This document shows positions 12,037 to 23,681 of a DNA stretch of 64,000 nucleotides, in pieces. Source of the DNA: Ophelia neglecta (Eukaryota); contig OZ260666.1 in NCBI GenBank assembly GCA_965285935.1, positions 3,162,001 to 3,226,000 of the forward strand, in the 5' to 3' direction. The first letter of the stretch is position 1. Each line of letters opens with the position of its first letter. The position numbers were made by a program, and so were the translations under genes. Below the pieces are notes generated by a model, which did not search any database, was not told the origin of the DNA, and worked only from the letters and a program-made list of their open reading frames with translations.

Positions 12037-15000
12037 AACCTGGCGTAATAAAAAGGTCCCGCCCATTCCACGCTAACTTATCGGCACTGGCCATCATTGC
12101 GATGAAATCCTGAGTAGGATTCTGGTTTAAATTGTATTCTGATTGACATCTTAATGACCAACAATGGAGTACGAGCGATGTATTTAGCAGTTTTGTTTCT
12201 CCAGTGCATTATTTAGTGAAAAAATAGTCTGCATCAAATGGGCATTAGGTATAAGCAAGCTGTCAAATTGTCTTCTTGATAAATGCTTAGGTATATTTAA
12301 CCAATACTATTACAATTCTTAGACAGCGCCATAATTTCTCTGTTGTGTGTGCATCTTGTATTAATTAACCCTTATATCATAGCTAGGTTATCTTTATGTC
12401 ATTGGGACAACAATCAAAAGTAAGTCATTTGATTTATCACTAGCAAGCAGTCGAGTTTATATTCGTATGTATATACACTGAAAAGAAACCCTTCATGTCC
12501 TAAAGATACTTCTATTAATTCATATTGTACGTTAGAATTAATCGATATTAAAATATTAATCGAAGCAGATTTTTTGCACTATACCAATAAAAGTTGCATT
12601 AGCGTCTTCAAACAATGTTTGTTTATTATGAATTCAAGACCTCTGATAGATGTTATAGCCAATCGATGTATTTTAATAAAAGTAAGGCACTTACTTTTGA
12701 TAGAGATGTTCTAAATCGTTCTAACAAGGCTGCACAGTTGGGGCAAAGTTGGCTAATGTGTTCAGGGTTAAGGGTGCGGTTGGTTGGTTGATTGTTTATT
12801 ATAGTAACATAGTGTATACATCTATAAGCATAGAAAGTAAACCCTAAACAAACCAATTACACCCAGCCCTACTGGGCTTATTACAAGTTATAAGTCACCG
12901 GCAAATATGACATTTCATAAAAGGCAAAAAGCTTAGTTCATGGCACAACCTTGCACAGCCTCTCAAAAACCCATCTTTATGTAAGATATGTTTACACAGG
13001 GCATAGCCTACCAGGAAATATAAAGGATATACCAGGATACAATAACATATTAATTCCAAGTACAAGTTCTAAAATCCCAAGCATACTTTATACTTGTTTT
13101 GGAACGCATATAGTCAAAGATTTTCAAGATTAGTGTATACAATTTTAACATAATATCATCGTTTTAACAAACCAGATACACGTTTATGGGTAAAACAAAA
13201 GAATTTACACAACCCAGGCTATAAGAAATGGGTTTAGATCGCTGATATAACGGTAAGGTACGGTACATGCATGGGAGAGTGCGGGTTCGAATCTTATTAG
13301 AAAGGGGCAATTTGCCTCCGCACTTTACGCTCATAATCACAAGCCACCTAGTGCGAAACTGCCTTGGACATATAAGCTGTTAATGTCAGACTCCAAGTAA
13401 AGAATTATAGACGGCAACACTTTTCATATAATTATTTGGTTGTTAGTTTAATTCGTCAATGGCAGATAATGCCCCTTCTAATATACCACATGGAAAATTC
13501 GTACCTATACGACACATTGCGGCCGGATCAATACGGCTTTTTTTACAGGTTAATAATGACTCGTATTTAATACCTCTGCACTGCTTTAGCCGCTTAATTG
13601 ACTGGTTTAAAATACCTGTCAAGCACTCGTGCTTGCTAGTGGTCGCTTTCAGGGCACTTCCGAGCTATCGAGATCTGTTGACAAGTTGTCGTCTGCCATC
13701 AACCAGTCGTCTGTCATAAGCTGTCATGTCAAAAGTTACAATACACTGGGAAGTTGATGCAAAGTTAAGCTGTTCATACATACCTTGTTCAGAACCTGCT
13801 AAATTACAGTATTCAGGGGTTCAAAACGGCTAAAATATCAAGTTTGACCCATGACTTCATAAATATTCCATCTGCTAGCTGGCAGACCTACATTCATTAT
13901 AAAAAACAAACTGAGTTATGTTACTTTTGATCCATTAGTATGTTATTCCTCTAATGCCATAAGTATGTAATTTATGTAATAAGATATAGGGGGAGACGGT
14001 ATCGAATGCCTTACTAAAGACAAAACACCACCAGAACCAATCCGGAATTATCTTGGGAATTCAAATTTATTCACAATAATATTAAGATCCACACAAGTGC
14101 CACGAAAAAAACGGTGTTTATCCCAAGGTCTAACAGTCGTTAATACTGTGATGAACACATCATACTAAATTCTAATATGGGCAGTTTGAAAAGGGGTTAA
14201 TTTCTTTGGCTGTCATATGGGTCTCCCTTTGGAACTCAGGAGTGGGGTGTCCTGCCAGGGCCTATGTTTTGTGTATTGAGCGTGACTCATCATAGTGTCT
14301 GTATCTTACAAACAGGCCGAACCTTACGTGTGTTACGCCGTGTACAATAAAGTTTTATTATATATTGCCATGACTAGGGTATGGTTGTTCAAAACTACTT
14401 ATAACACTTAGTGTAAAATTCTTTTCAGAGCTTTGCACATTTGTTTGCGCAATTTGTACATATAAGGGAATTTAAGTCCTACAGCGGTGAATGTTTCTAG
14501 GTCACCAGGAAGTAGTTTCATGGGTCTACACTTATGCCTATATATGTTTTAAATGTGAGTGTGATATTAATGAAACTCGGCATTTATTATAGGGATTGTA
14601 CGTACACAGTTGGGAAGGTTAAATACATACACTATTAAGAATTGTCAGTCTTAGTAATTAAATCATAACTGTACAAATTGCATTATTTACATATATTGAA
14701 GATATGGTTTTTTTTAGTCTACAATACACTGGTAGAGTCAAATTCGACATGACATTCACTTTATACAAACTCATAGGTTGTGCTGATCACATGACACTCG
14801 CTTTATACTATCTCAATGATTATGCTGATCACATTATTTGCACGATTTCTGTACTATTGATGTTGCTGCCTGGCAGGCAAACTAGTTAATTGGACATTCT
14901 AAGCAATAAATTTTCTCGTCCGCCGAACACTGTGGGCCAAAGCGTAGGCTTGAGAGCGTCAGCGAGCAGCAATGTTTGCGCACTTAACAACAGTAGTTAG

Positions 15001-15920
15001 TTTCCCTACGAGTCCAGCCGGTGACACAGTAATACGTAAGTGAAAGTTTCTTGATTAACCACACATTGTTTATTTTTCGACCAATAATACTTAAATAAAT
15101 CCACGTCAGTTATTTAGAGGTAGTAAAAAGATAGGGATGTTGTCTTGCCGAACTAGCGGGATGTTATAAGTGAAGTTGATTACACGGGGTTGCCGAGGGG
15201 AGGCGGTGGCCCTGGACATTTCTGGAGCGTACAACCTACTGAGGGTTAGGGTCCAGTTTGGTTTAAGAGTTAGCCTGAGGGTTAGGATTATTCAAGTCTG
15301 AGGTGTTTCTCATCCGCCAGACCTCGCCATATCCGGCTTCAATCAAAAGCCGTAACACGTTGGCCCTACACTAAGCTTGCCTGTAGTATTCCCTGAGCAG
15401 AAGACATTTCAAATTTGTAGTGTAACTTAATATATGTTACCGTACACTATAAAATAGCCTTTTCTATAAGTTCTGTTCACAACCAACCTATATAGGACAT
15501 TTTCAGAACATCTATTATTGTAGGCGCTGATCATTGTGAGCTCAACCAGTATGTTAAATATCACGATAAATGGGAGACCTGGAGCAAATTGGCCGATAGT
15601 AATTCATTATATCATTATAATTATCGGCTATTTAACCAGGATATATACATACTTACATTAATACATCAGAGATCTTGGCTGGCTTCCAATACACATCAAC
15701 CTACGCATGGGCCTGGATCTTAAGCGTAGATCTGTGTGGGTTGGGGTTGGAGGGGGTTGGAGTTGGGCTTTGTGTGGGGACAGGGGAGGCTACTGGCCGG
15801 ACAGGGGCCAACCTGTAAAGCGGGAAAGATAAAAAATAATGCTACATAATTAGAATTTTTTTAATAAGAGTAACTTTTACGTAAGTGCTGTAACACATCT
15901 CTGTCAATACCGGCGGTGTT

Positions 15921-16020
15921 CGTGTCCGAAACTCGTGTCAGGAAGTTTCTAGGTAAAAATCGTGTCAGGAAGTTTCTAGGTAAAAATCGTGTCAGAAAGT
16001 TTGTAAGTCTATATATAAAG
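15921..16020 (+). promoter_or_regulatory. Putative promoter of B with triplicated 27-bp CAGGAAGTTTC unit and TATA-like box
   Basis: TCGTGTCAGGAAGTTTCTAGGTAAAAA at 15933 and 15960, degenerate at 15987; TATATATAAAG at 16010-16020. Confidence 0.45.
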
Positions 16021-16236
16021 AGAATTTACTGCATATCATAAATAACGAGAGAGAGAGAAAGTTTACTTTCAAATGAAAGATGGGACGGCAGACAATCAGA
16101 AGGTTTATTCGTTTTTATGTAGTGGAAAAGAGGTTGGTGTGTCTTCCACCGGCTTTCTTTTGATGTTTTTGTCATTGGTAATAGTATATTGATACAAACA
16201 TATTTTTAGGTCTCGGTGAATTTAAGCTGGCCTATG

Positions 16237-19200
16237 ATGGAGACCAAGTCGATCGTACTGCTGGTTTGTCTGTGCAAGGTAGAAGGTGTTATGACTGCAC
16301 CATCGAGTGGTAAGTACTGGAATTTTATACACTGACGTATGTAGAATCTTAGAATCGACTTATGATTAGTCAAGAAGTGTACACCAAGTCTCACTCATTC
16401 ATCATGACTGATCGCTTTCAAGGGTATGTCGTTTTCCGACTATTATTCACATTGGAAGGGTGTTTTCGAATTTCAGCTTCTTCCGGCACAGTCACTAAAG
16501 TCACTAATAGAACCCTACAATTTGCAACTTCCACAGGCACAGTCATTCGAGTGAATATTGGCGACAACGCCACCTTGCGGTGGAAACTGCCGAAGGAAAA
16601 TAGCATAGAGCTCACAAAATGTTATGACACGAACATGATCAACACATTTAACATTGTGAACGTGACGGTGGTATTCAGGAGTGTTAATATGCGCCATGAG
16701 CCTCTCAGTTCAGGGACAAACGAGATCAGCCTAACGATGACATTGACAAATGTCACGAGAGAAGACGCTGGTTCGTACAACTGTCGTCGTACTAACTATA
16801 GTGAAACCAACACTGTTTTTGTCTGGGGTAAGTTCTCCTTTTGATTTTTCTTGACACTGACAGACCATGTGTCTCCTTCTTTTGTGCTTTTTTTGGCTAC
16901 GTAAAAAACAATCTGTGAAGTAGTACATATATTGTCGGACTTTGGTTCTTAACCCTGAAAGAAATAGAATGTTATTTCTTTTTTTTTACCAGGTTCCTCT
17001 TATATCTATTCGTAACTGACTTTACAATCGTTGCAGTAATGTCCATCTTACCATATATAAGTATTTGATAAACCCTTAAATTATATTTTGATTAAGTCTC
17101 TCTTTCCCTTTGTTTGTGCGCCACTTTTTCTTTAAGGTAAAGAATTAGACAATGTAGAAAGAAGGAAAAGATTGCATACCCTAACTTTTTGCATTATCAA
17201 TACCATAAATTTAGTTACGATTGCTTCGTCAAGTTTCAGTATTGGATATACTTTTTTAATTATTAAAAGTTGAAACATCCTCATGATTACACTACAGAAG
17301 ACCACGTGAATTAATTTTTTCACATAGTCAACTACTCATGGATAATACCAACCGTATATTTAAGATTTAAATTGTCTTAGCCATATTTTATACCTATGCC
17401 TTTCGCTCGGTCCATATGATTACATTTTCCGATTATTTTCAGGAAGACCTTTCCCAGCCCTAATAGATTCAGAGGGCTTTAAGTTGATGTGTAACGTCAC
17501 TTCCACTTCTGTGCCAGAAGGCTTTCGAACTCCGATGGCTTACACTTGGTTAAGAGATGGCGCTGTTATCGGAAATACCTCGTTCGAATCTAACTATATG
17601 ATTCCGATATGGAACATTATGAACCCGTTCCATAAATACTCCTGTCTAGGGAGAGAGAATGGCTCTACACTAGTGTCAGACTCAAGTAAGTAACACATAC
17701 TGATCGTGCTTAGCTGCGTGGCTACCAAAACCCATGGAAGTCACAATGCACTGTTGGGTACCGAACGATAATTAACTAAGACGAGTAATGTGGATTTTAC
17801 ATCAGTTTCTGCAAGCATTGCTGAAACACCATTAAAATGAAACAGTTTAAACTTGGTTTAAGTCATCAAGTAATTTCAATTGATATATCGATGTTATGCG
17901 TTAACGATCCGATAATGAGTATGTTTTTTTTCAGGTGGTTTTGTGCAGCTTCCTGTTACCCCAGGCCTGCTGGTGATGATCACGGGATCCTGTGTCCTAA
18001 CCTTACTACTTGTCTTAGTCATACTGCTCTGCTATCGACGTGAGTGTCTTGTCATATCTTCAACCTCGCATTTTATGTTTCAGATTCCCTGTATAACGGA
18101 AATCGTGCTTAGTAAAATAGAATGCATACTCTGGGGATCAAATTATGTATAGAAGAGACATAATCATGCTTTTCGAAACCGTAGTGTGACATTCCGTACT
18201 TAGGAGTATGGGTGCAAAGGGTGAAGCTTTTCATCCGGAAAATCCATCAGGGCTACGCAGAATTTTAGTTACTTAGACTCTTAATCAAAGATTGGACAGA
18301 CCATAATTAAAGAATCATTCCATCAGTCCGTATTCCAAAAATAAGAAGGTCATATTTAGCATTTAAACGCTTCAACGCAAAGAGGCCCTTTTACAATACA
18401 CGTGTTAAAGAAATCCCCACACAGCTTGTTTAAAAACAATGAAAGTAAACATAATAAACTACCTAGTATTACAAAATGCTAAGGTTCTTACTGTATTACA
18501 TATTCGTTGATGTAGTTTACTAAATGGGTCAAGCATACTATCTAAGAAAATCAATATTTTAATGCACCAGTCTGAAATTAGCCAAATTTCTCTTTCATGC
18601 TACACAGTCTGATATAAATAGATCATATAAGATTTATTTCTCAATCAGATAATCACATCTTTATTTTGGTATAGAATCAAAACTAAGACAAGGAGACCGT
18701 CACCAGGCAGACAGCTTTCATGAACGAAGGCGTCGTCAGGAGTCATGCTGCTGTCACGAACAACGCTGCCGCCACGATCCAAACTGTTGTCACCAGTCAA
18801 GGGGGCATCACGAGTCTGGCTGTCGTCACGAGGCACCCTGCCGTCACCGGCCACACTGCTGTCAGGAGCCATCGTGTGGTCACGATCCACGCTGCGGTCA
18901 GGAGCAATCGTGTGGTCACCATCCACGCTGCGGTCAGGAGCCATCGTGTGTTCACGATCCACGCTGCGGTCAGGAGCCATCGTGTGGTCACCATCCACGC
19001 GGTGGTCAGGAGCCATCCTGCCATCACCAGCCATCCGGCCGTCAGGTAGATAACGATGATGATTACGACACGACCATGGTAGAGAACATCATGTTTGACC
19101 CTCAAATGGACGGTGAGCCGATATCCATAATTACTTTCCTCATCATACATTTATATTCATCCCCGGCACCTTTTACTGAATTTGGGTATAAATATTGTTT

Positions 19201-19654
19201 GAATATTAAGTGTGGGTGTACTGTATGGTTCAACAGCTGCAATAAATAACTTTTACCTCAAAGCTATTTCTGAGAAGAAGAGATAAATGAGAGAATGCGC
19301 AGTGAGACCAGCTGAGCCACTGTCAGCGCACAATTGAATTTAAACTACATGCAAAAGTAGTTTTTAACTAAAAAATAAATATAATACTAAGGACCAATAT
19401 ATCCCACGATATATTTTCATGGTATAAACATTTCGATTTGACAACCTTCTCTTCTCAAATTTCTGTTACAACTTTATTTCATTCGACGTCTTTCATTACA
19501 GTTAGAATACTGTTGCAAACTTATTGTTTTCCAAACAGAGGTCAGTGAGTTTGGACAGTCTAATACATTCAGACCTATCGCGTCCGGGTATTCCGAGGTT
19601 TGGGTGCCAGTACCTCCGCTATCTGGGAATACAGCCAGGCAAGGTGAGAAATGA
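16237..19654 (+). CDS. IgSF type-I membrane receptor, paralog B (~441 aa), ITIM-bearing
   Basis: Exons: 16237-16309 (signal peptide), 16477-16827 (V-like), 17443-17685 (Ig2), 17935-18039 (TM), 18675-19112 (Cys/His repeats, CGQEPSCGHHPR x~4; this frame is not in the ORF track), 19539-19654 (EVSEFGQSNTFRPIASGYSEVWVPVPPLSGNTARQGEK*). All GT-AG phase 1. Confidence 0.85.
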
Positions 19655-19785
19655 TGAAACCTGGGTAATCATATCATCAATGATAAATGTTAAGGTCACA
19701 GTATTCTTGCAAAACATTAAAAGGTTAGTCATTTTTTGGAGTTTTGTCTTTGAAATAATAAAGCATGATCCGGAATATAATGTTA

Positions 19786-19957
19786 CAGTGGCACCTGTGT
19801 GTGTGGTCACCTGTGCACTACAGTCACCTGCGCCATAAGGTCACAAATAACAGCCTAATCCCCATGTATGCCTGCGTTAATTGACCTGCTTATGAAGGTC
19901 ACCTACATAATTTGGCAAGTTTTTGCTCTTGCCTGACCTGTTTAAAAGGTTACACTG
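19786..19957. mobile_element. Tc1/mariner (pogo/Tigger-like) MITE
   Basis: TA|CAGTG...CACTG|TA termini with internal GGTCACCTG repeats; not seen at the homologous position downstream of A or D. Confidence 0.6.
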
Positions 19958-20418
19958 TATGACAAAGCTAAGCTGGGTTTGGCAGATCTTAGATGGGCTA
20001 GGAGGCTCTTTATTTTAATTGGTGTTTCAATTTGCTATAGCCTAGCATCCCTGGATACCTATATTCTCGCATGATTAACATGCACTTACCCAAAATGTAA
20101 ATTAAAACCATAATTATGAATTCTGCAGCAAAATCTTCTTCCGGCCGTCTATCGTTTCTCGACCCTCTGAGGTACCTGTATGCTAGTGTGGATAGGAGAT
20201 GGAAGAAAAGGAGTAGACTCGTCCCTGAATGAGACGCTGGGATGCGATGAATGAAGGGGAAGAGGACCAAGGACGCCGGAAGGGGACAAGGATGGGGAGT
20301 GGGATCAGGGACTTTGGGTGGGACCAGGGATCTTCGGGGACTTGGGAGTTTGGTTTCAACCATCCATAGGTCTTTGTACAATTTATTGGAGCGGGTGCCT
20401 TACTTGGGACCAGATCAA

Positions 20419-21051
20419 TAGCCTTGGAATAAGGCCTCAGCGGGTTGGTAGTATGAAATAAAATGGTAACTTTTTTTTTATCTTCCCGCAAGGCCTTGGC
20501 TGAAGCGTCAAGCGCTCGGCCTGACACCTTTACGCAATAAAGGCGCACTACTACCGGTTGAAAAATCAGCCGGTGAACAGCGCATGCGCATCAATACGGA
20601 AGTGTACATTCAACATGTACATTGAATCGAGACGGTCAAAACCTGTGCACGTCGTGATGCTTAGTTGGAAAAATAATACACATTATCTAGCATGTCAAGC
20701 ACCAGTCTTAATGTCAATTGAAGTAAACCTATTTCTATCATTATTAACACATCATATTTTAAAGACTGATTTGCATAAATACATAAATAATGCGTTTGTT
20801 TACCTGTTTAACTTCGCCAGCGTCCCGAGTCCGTCATATTGCAAATCCACGTGTCACGTGACACGACTGACGTCACGGAAGCTCATTAATATTAAGTCCG
20901 CTCATGAATTATTCATAGCGAGCATGATCAGGCGGCCCGTACAAGGCTACGAGGGATGTAGATAGTAAACACCGTTTATAGTAAAAACATGACTTTTATT
21001 GATTTATCATACATTTTGAAGGAATCAGTGAGTAGCATTGTGGCAAGGCTA
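20419..21051. mobile_element. Non-autonomous DNA transposon with 9-bp TSD (AcademH-like termini)
   Basis: TIR TAGCCTTG/CAAGGCTA; exact TSD CCAGATCAA at 20410-20418 and 21052-21060. Confidence 0.75.
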
Positions 21052-22729
21052 CCAGATCAATGACGGGGAAGGGAAGGACTGCGGAAGGGGAACAGGGACT
21101 TTGGATGGGGTGGCGCTATTTGGTTCGAATTATCCTTGGGGCTGGGTAATACAGATGGAGGCAGATGCCTTATACGGGATCTGGCATATTGAGTGAAACC
21201 AGGGTTTTTGTATAGGATCGGGGATTTTAAGTGGGTTCGGGGATCTTGGGTGGTGCCGGGGACCTTGGGTTAGGTAAGGGACCTGTGGTGGGAACGCAGA
21301 TCTTGGGGACTATAGCCCTTTGTTGAGATCGGGGATTCCAGATGCTAACGAAGAGCTTTTGTAGTATGGGGTGCCTTGAAGGGGATTTGGATCTGCAAAC
21401 TTTTTGAATATTATGCTTGAAGCAGGGTTTATAACTATTAACGAGGGTGGTGTCAATATGCCAATGTGCCTTGAACATAGCTAGCGCGGGACTATAATTA
21501 TCGTCCTTAACATATACGACTGATAATATTTTATTGGAAACAGAAAACATAACGGCTTCCTGATAAATTAGGGCGGTTTAGTTACAACAAGTTAAAACTT
21601 TGGTTTTAAACAAAGATTATTTATATATGCTAAATTCACTAACAATAAAAGCAATACAAATTCCACAGTTTTTGGAATAAATACAGTATAATGTATAAAT
21701 TGATCAAAACTCAATCTATTATCACATCAAAAGAATTCCGCAACCTCCTTGAGATAGAAAAAAAAATCAAAAGTTTGTTTTTTACCAGAAAAGAGGCAAA
21801 AGGTAGGCTCGCGCGGACGGTACCCAAAGTATGTACTTTTCATGGCCGTAGATTTGACATTCAATGACACTCTGAATTCTATATAATTACATTTCCTGTG
21901 TTTATCGAGAATGCTTTTATTATTGTTCTTCTATTGTTGGTAATTTGACACCGCTTAATAACTACACAATGAATTTGTAAACATAGTTAATGCACTGTAT
22001 CAAAATATATGACTATTCATGCCAATTGTTTTGTAAAAAATAAAATACTTGCTTAGTTGTGAAGTCTAAGCTTTAGACCAAATGTATCTTTAATTTTCAA
22101 GCCTATATCTGTCAGACATGTTAAATAGTGATTTACTTTGTATATAGAATATGTAAAGATTAAAATGTTTTTAAAAATGCCAGTTACTTTAGTTGTTAGA
22201 TCTATAAGGAAAATATATGTCATAATATGGAGTATTTTTCATCCATTGTCTTACTCCTACAATGACTTACAACCAGAATATTCACCAAAGGTCGCGCATC
22301 CATTTGGGAAGGCCACGTACAAATGTGCTCAAAAAAGTATTTTCTATAAAATCAACACCATCCTTAAACACGCCCTAATTTATACAAATTAGATTTAACA
22401 AAACCCAGGATGGCCAAATCACTTATATTAACTAAATACATCGAAAAGTGTAAAGTTAACGCACGTTTTATTTGCTCTACGAGCTGTCTAATAGGTACCG
22501 GCTGATTCTGCTGAATCTAAACAATTATTTTTAAATAAAAGGGTGTTTTGAATGATCATGAGCTAGTATAAAGGCACAGGTGTTTCATTATACGCTGCCG
22601 GGATCTACCTTTTCGTGCGATGATCATAAAACGCGATGTATATACTCTCCTTTTATGCTTAGGATACCGATATGTCTATATTCAAAACGGTGGTATTTAA
22701 ATTTGCTCCAGATAATCTACACAGACGTC

Positions 22730-22761
22730 TGACGTCACGATAGTCGCCTTAGACTACCAAT
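22730..22761 (+). promoter_or_regulatory. CRE (TGACGTCA) plus CCAAT box; candidate promoter of paralog C
   Basis: Motifs at 22730-22737 and 22757-22761. A downstream donor AA|GTAAGT at 23243 could splice to the acceptor TTATTCAG at 24571, just before C's ATG. Confidence 0.35.
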
Positions 22762-22944
22762 CGCTTGTACTGATAACAACAATTGCTCGATATCCGAAAT
22801 GTGTCTGACTGTAGGAAACTTAGTTAATTGCCATATAAATTACTAATTTTTCCCGTTCTGAAACAATGTAGGCCGGGACGAACGTTCACGCTATTAGAAA
22901 ATAGGTCTGTTTGTATGCTTCAACGCAGTTTTCCGCTAGGCTGT

Positions 22945-23210
22945 CAGTTGGCTGCAGGCTAGAGGTTCAGGTGGCTGCAGGCTAGTGGTTCAGTTGGCTG
23001 CAGGCTAGAGGTTCAGTTGGCTGCAGGCTAGTGGTTCAGTTTGGCTGCAAGCTAGAGGTTCAGTTGGCTGCAGGCTGGAGGTTCAGGTGGCTGCAGGCTG
23101 GAGGTTCAGTTGGCTGCAGGCTAGAGGTTCAGTTGGCTGCAGGCTGGAGGTTCAGTTGGCTGCAGGCTGGAGGTTCAGTTGGTGACAAGCTAGGAGTTCA
23201 ACTGGGAGCA
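22945..23210. repeat. 23-bp minisatellite, ~11-12 copies
   Basis: CAGTTGGCTGCAGGCTAGAGGTT head-to-tail with no spacers. Confidence 0.9.
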
Positions 23211-23454
23211 GGATAGCATTTCAGCTGTTGGCAGCTCAACAAGTAAGTCTGATTTACATATTTTTAAACTTTTTGTTTATCTCGTTACTTTTTTCGGCAC
23301 CTTATCATATATATTTTGTTGTGAACGTTTTAAATGTTGGTATCACTCAGTCCATTTATCCTCAGTCTGTAAAACAGTCATATGAAATAGGCTCTGTTAA
23401 AAGTCAATTTATATGGGACACTTTCAGTGTTCACTGATAATATCCTACATCCAG

Positions 23455-23681
23455 GACCCGGTTTCTGGAAGCAGTTTAGGATTATATAAGACGATTACCG
23501 ATTAACTCAGATCGCTTTATTCGGTGTTTCAATTGACCAGGAATAAGTCTACGACCAAAATGGATAGGTTAAAACCAAATCCAGCTTCCAAAAAGCCAAT
23601 TAGGACGTTAAGAGCGGTTAAGCACTTGAAAACTGATTTTAATCCGAATTGAGAGTTAAGACCGCTTCGAGAAACCGGTCC
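23455..23681. mobile_element. PIF/Harbinger-like MITE
   Basis: Imperfect TIRs GACCCGGTTTCTGGAAGC / GCTTCGAGAAACCGGTCC, flanked by a 3-bp CAG duplication. Confidence 0.6.

Noticed and set aside
18645-19150. Several overlapping ORFs on both strands (MAPDRSVDGDHT.., AVRSHRVVT.., LRSGAIVWS..), with equivalents at 4134-4576, 27190-27477 and 34198-34494
   Set aside because: Shadow frames of the stop-poor 18/36-bp repeat. Splice phase from the TM exon fixes the Cys/His frame in all four paralogs.
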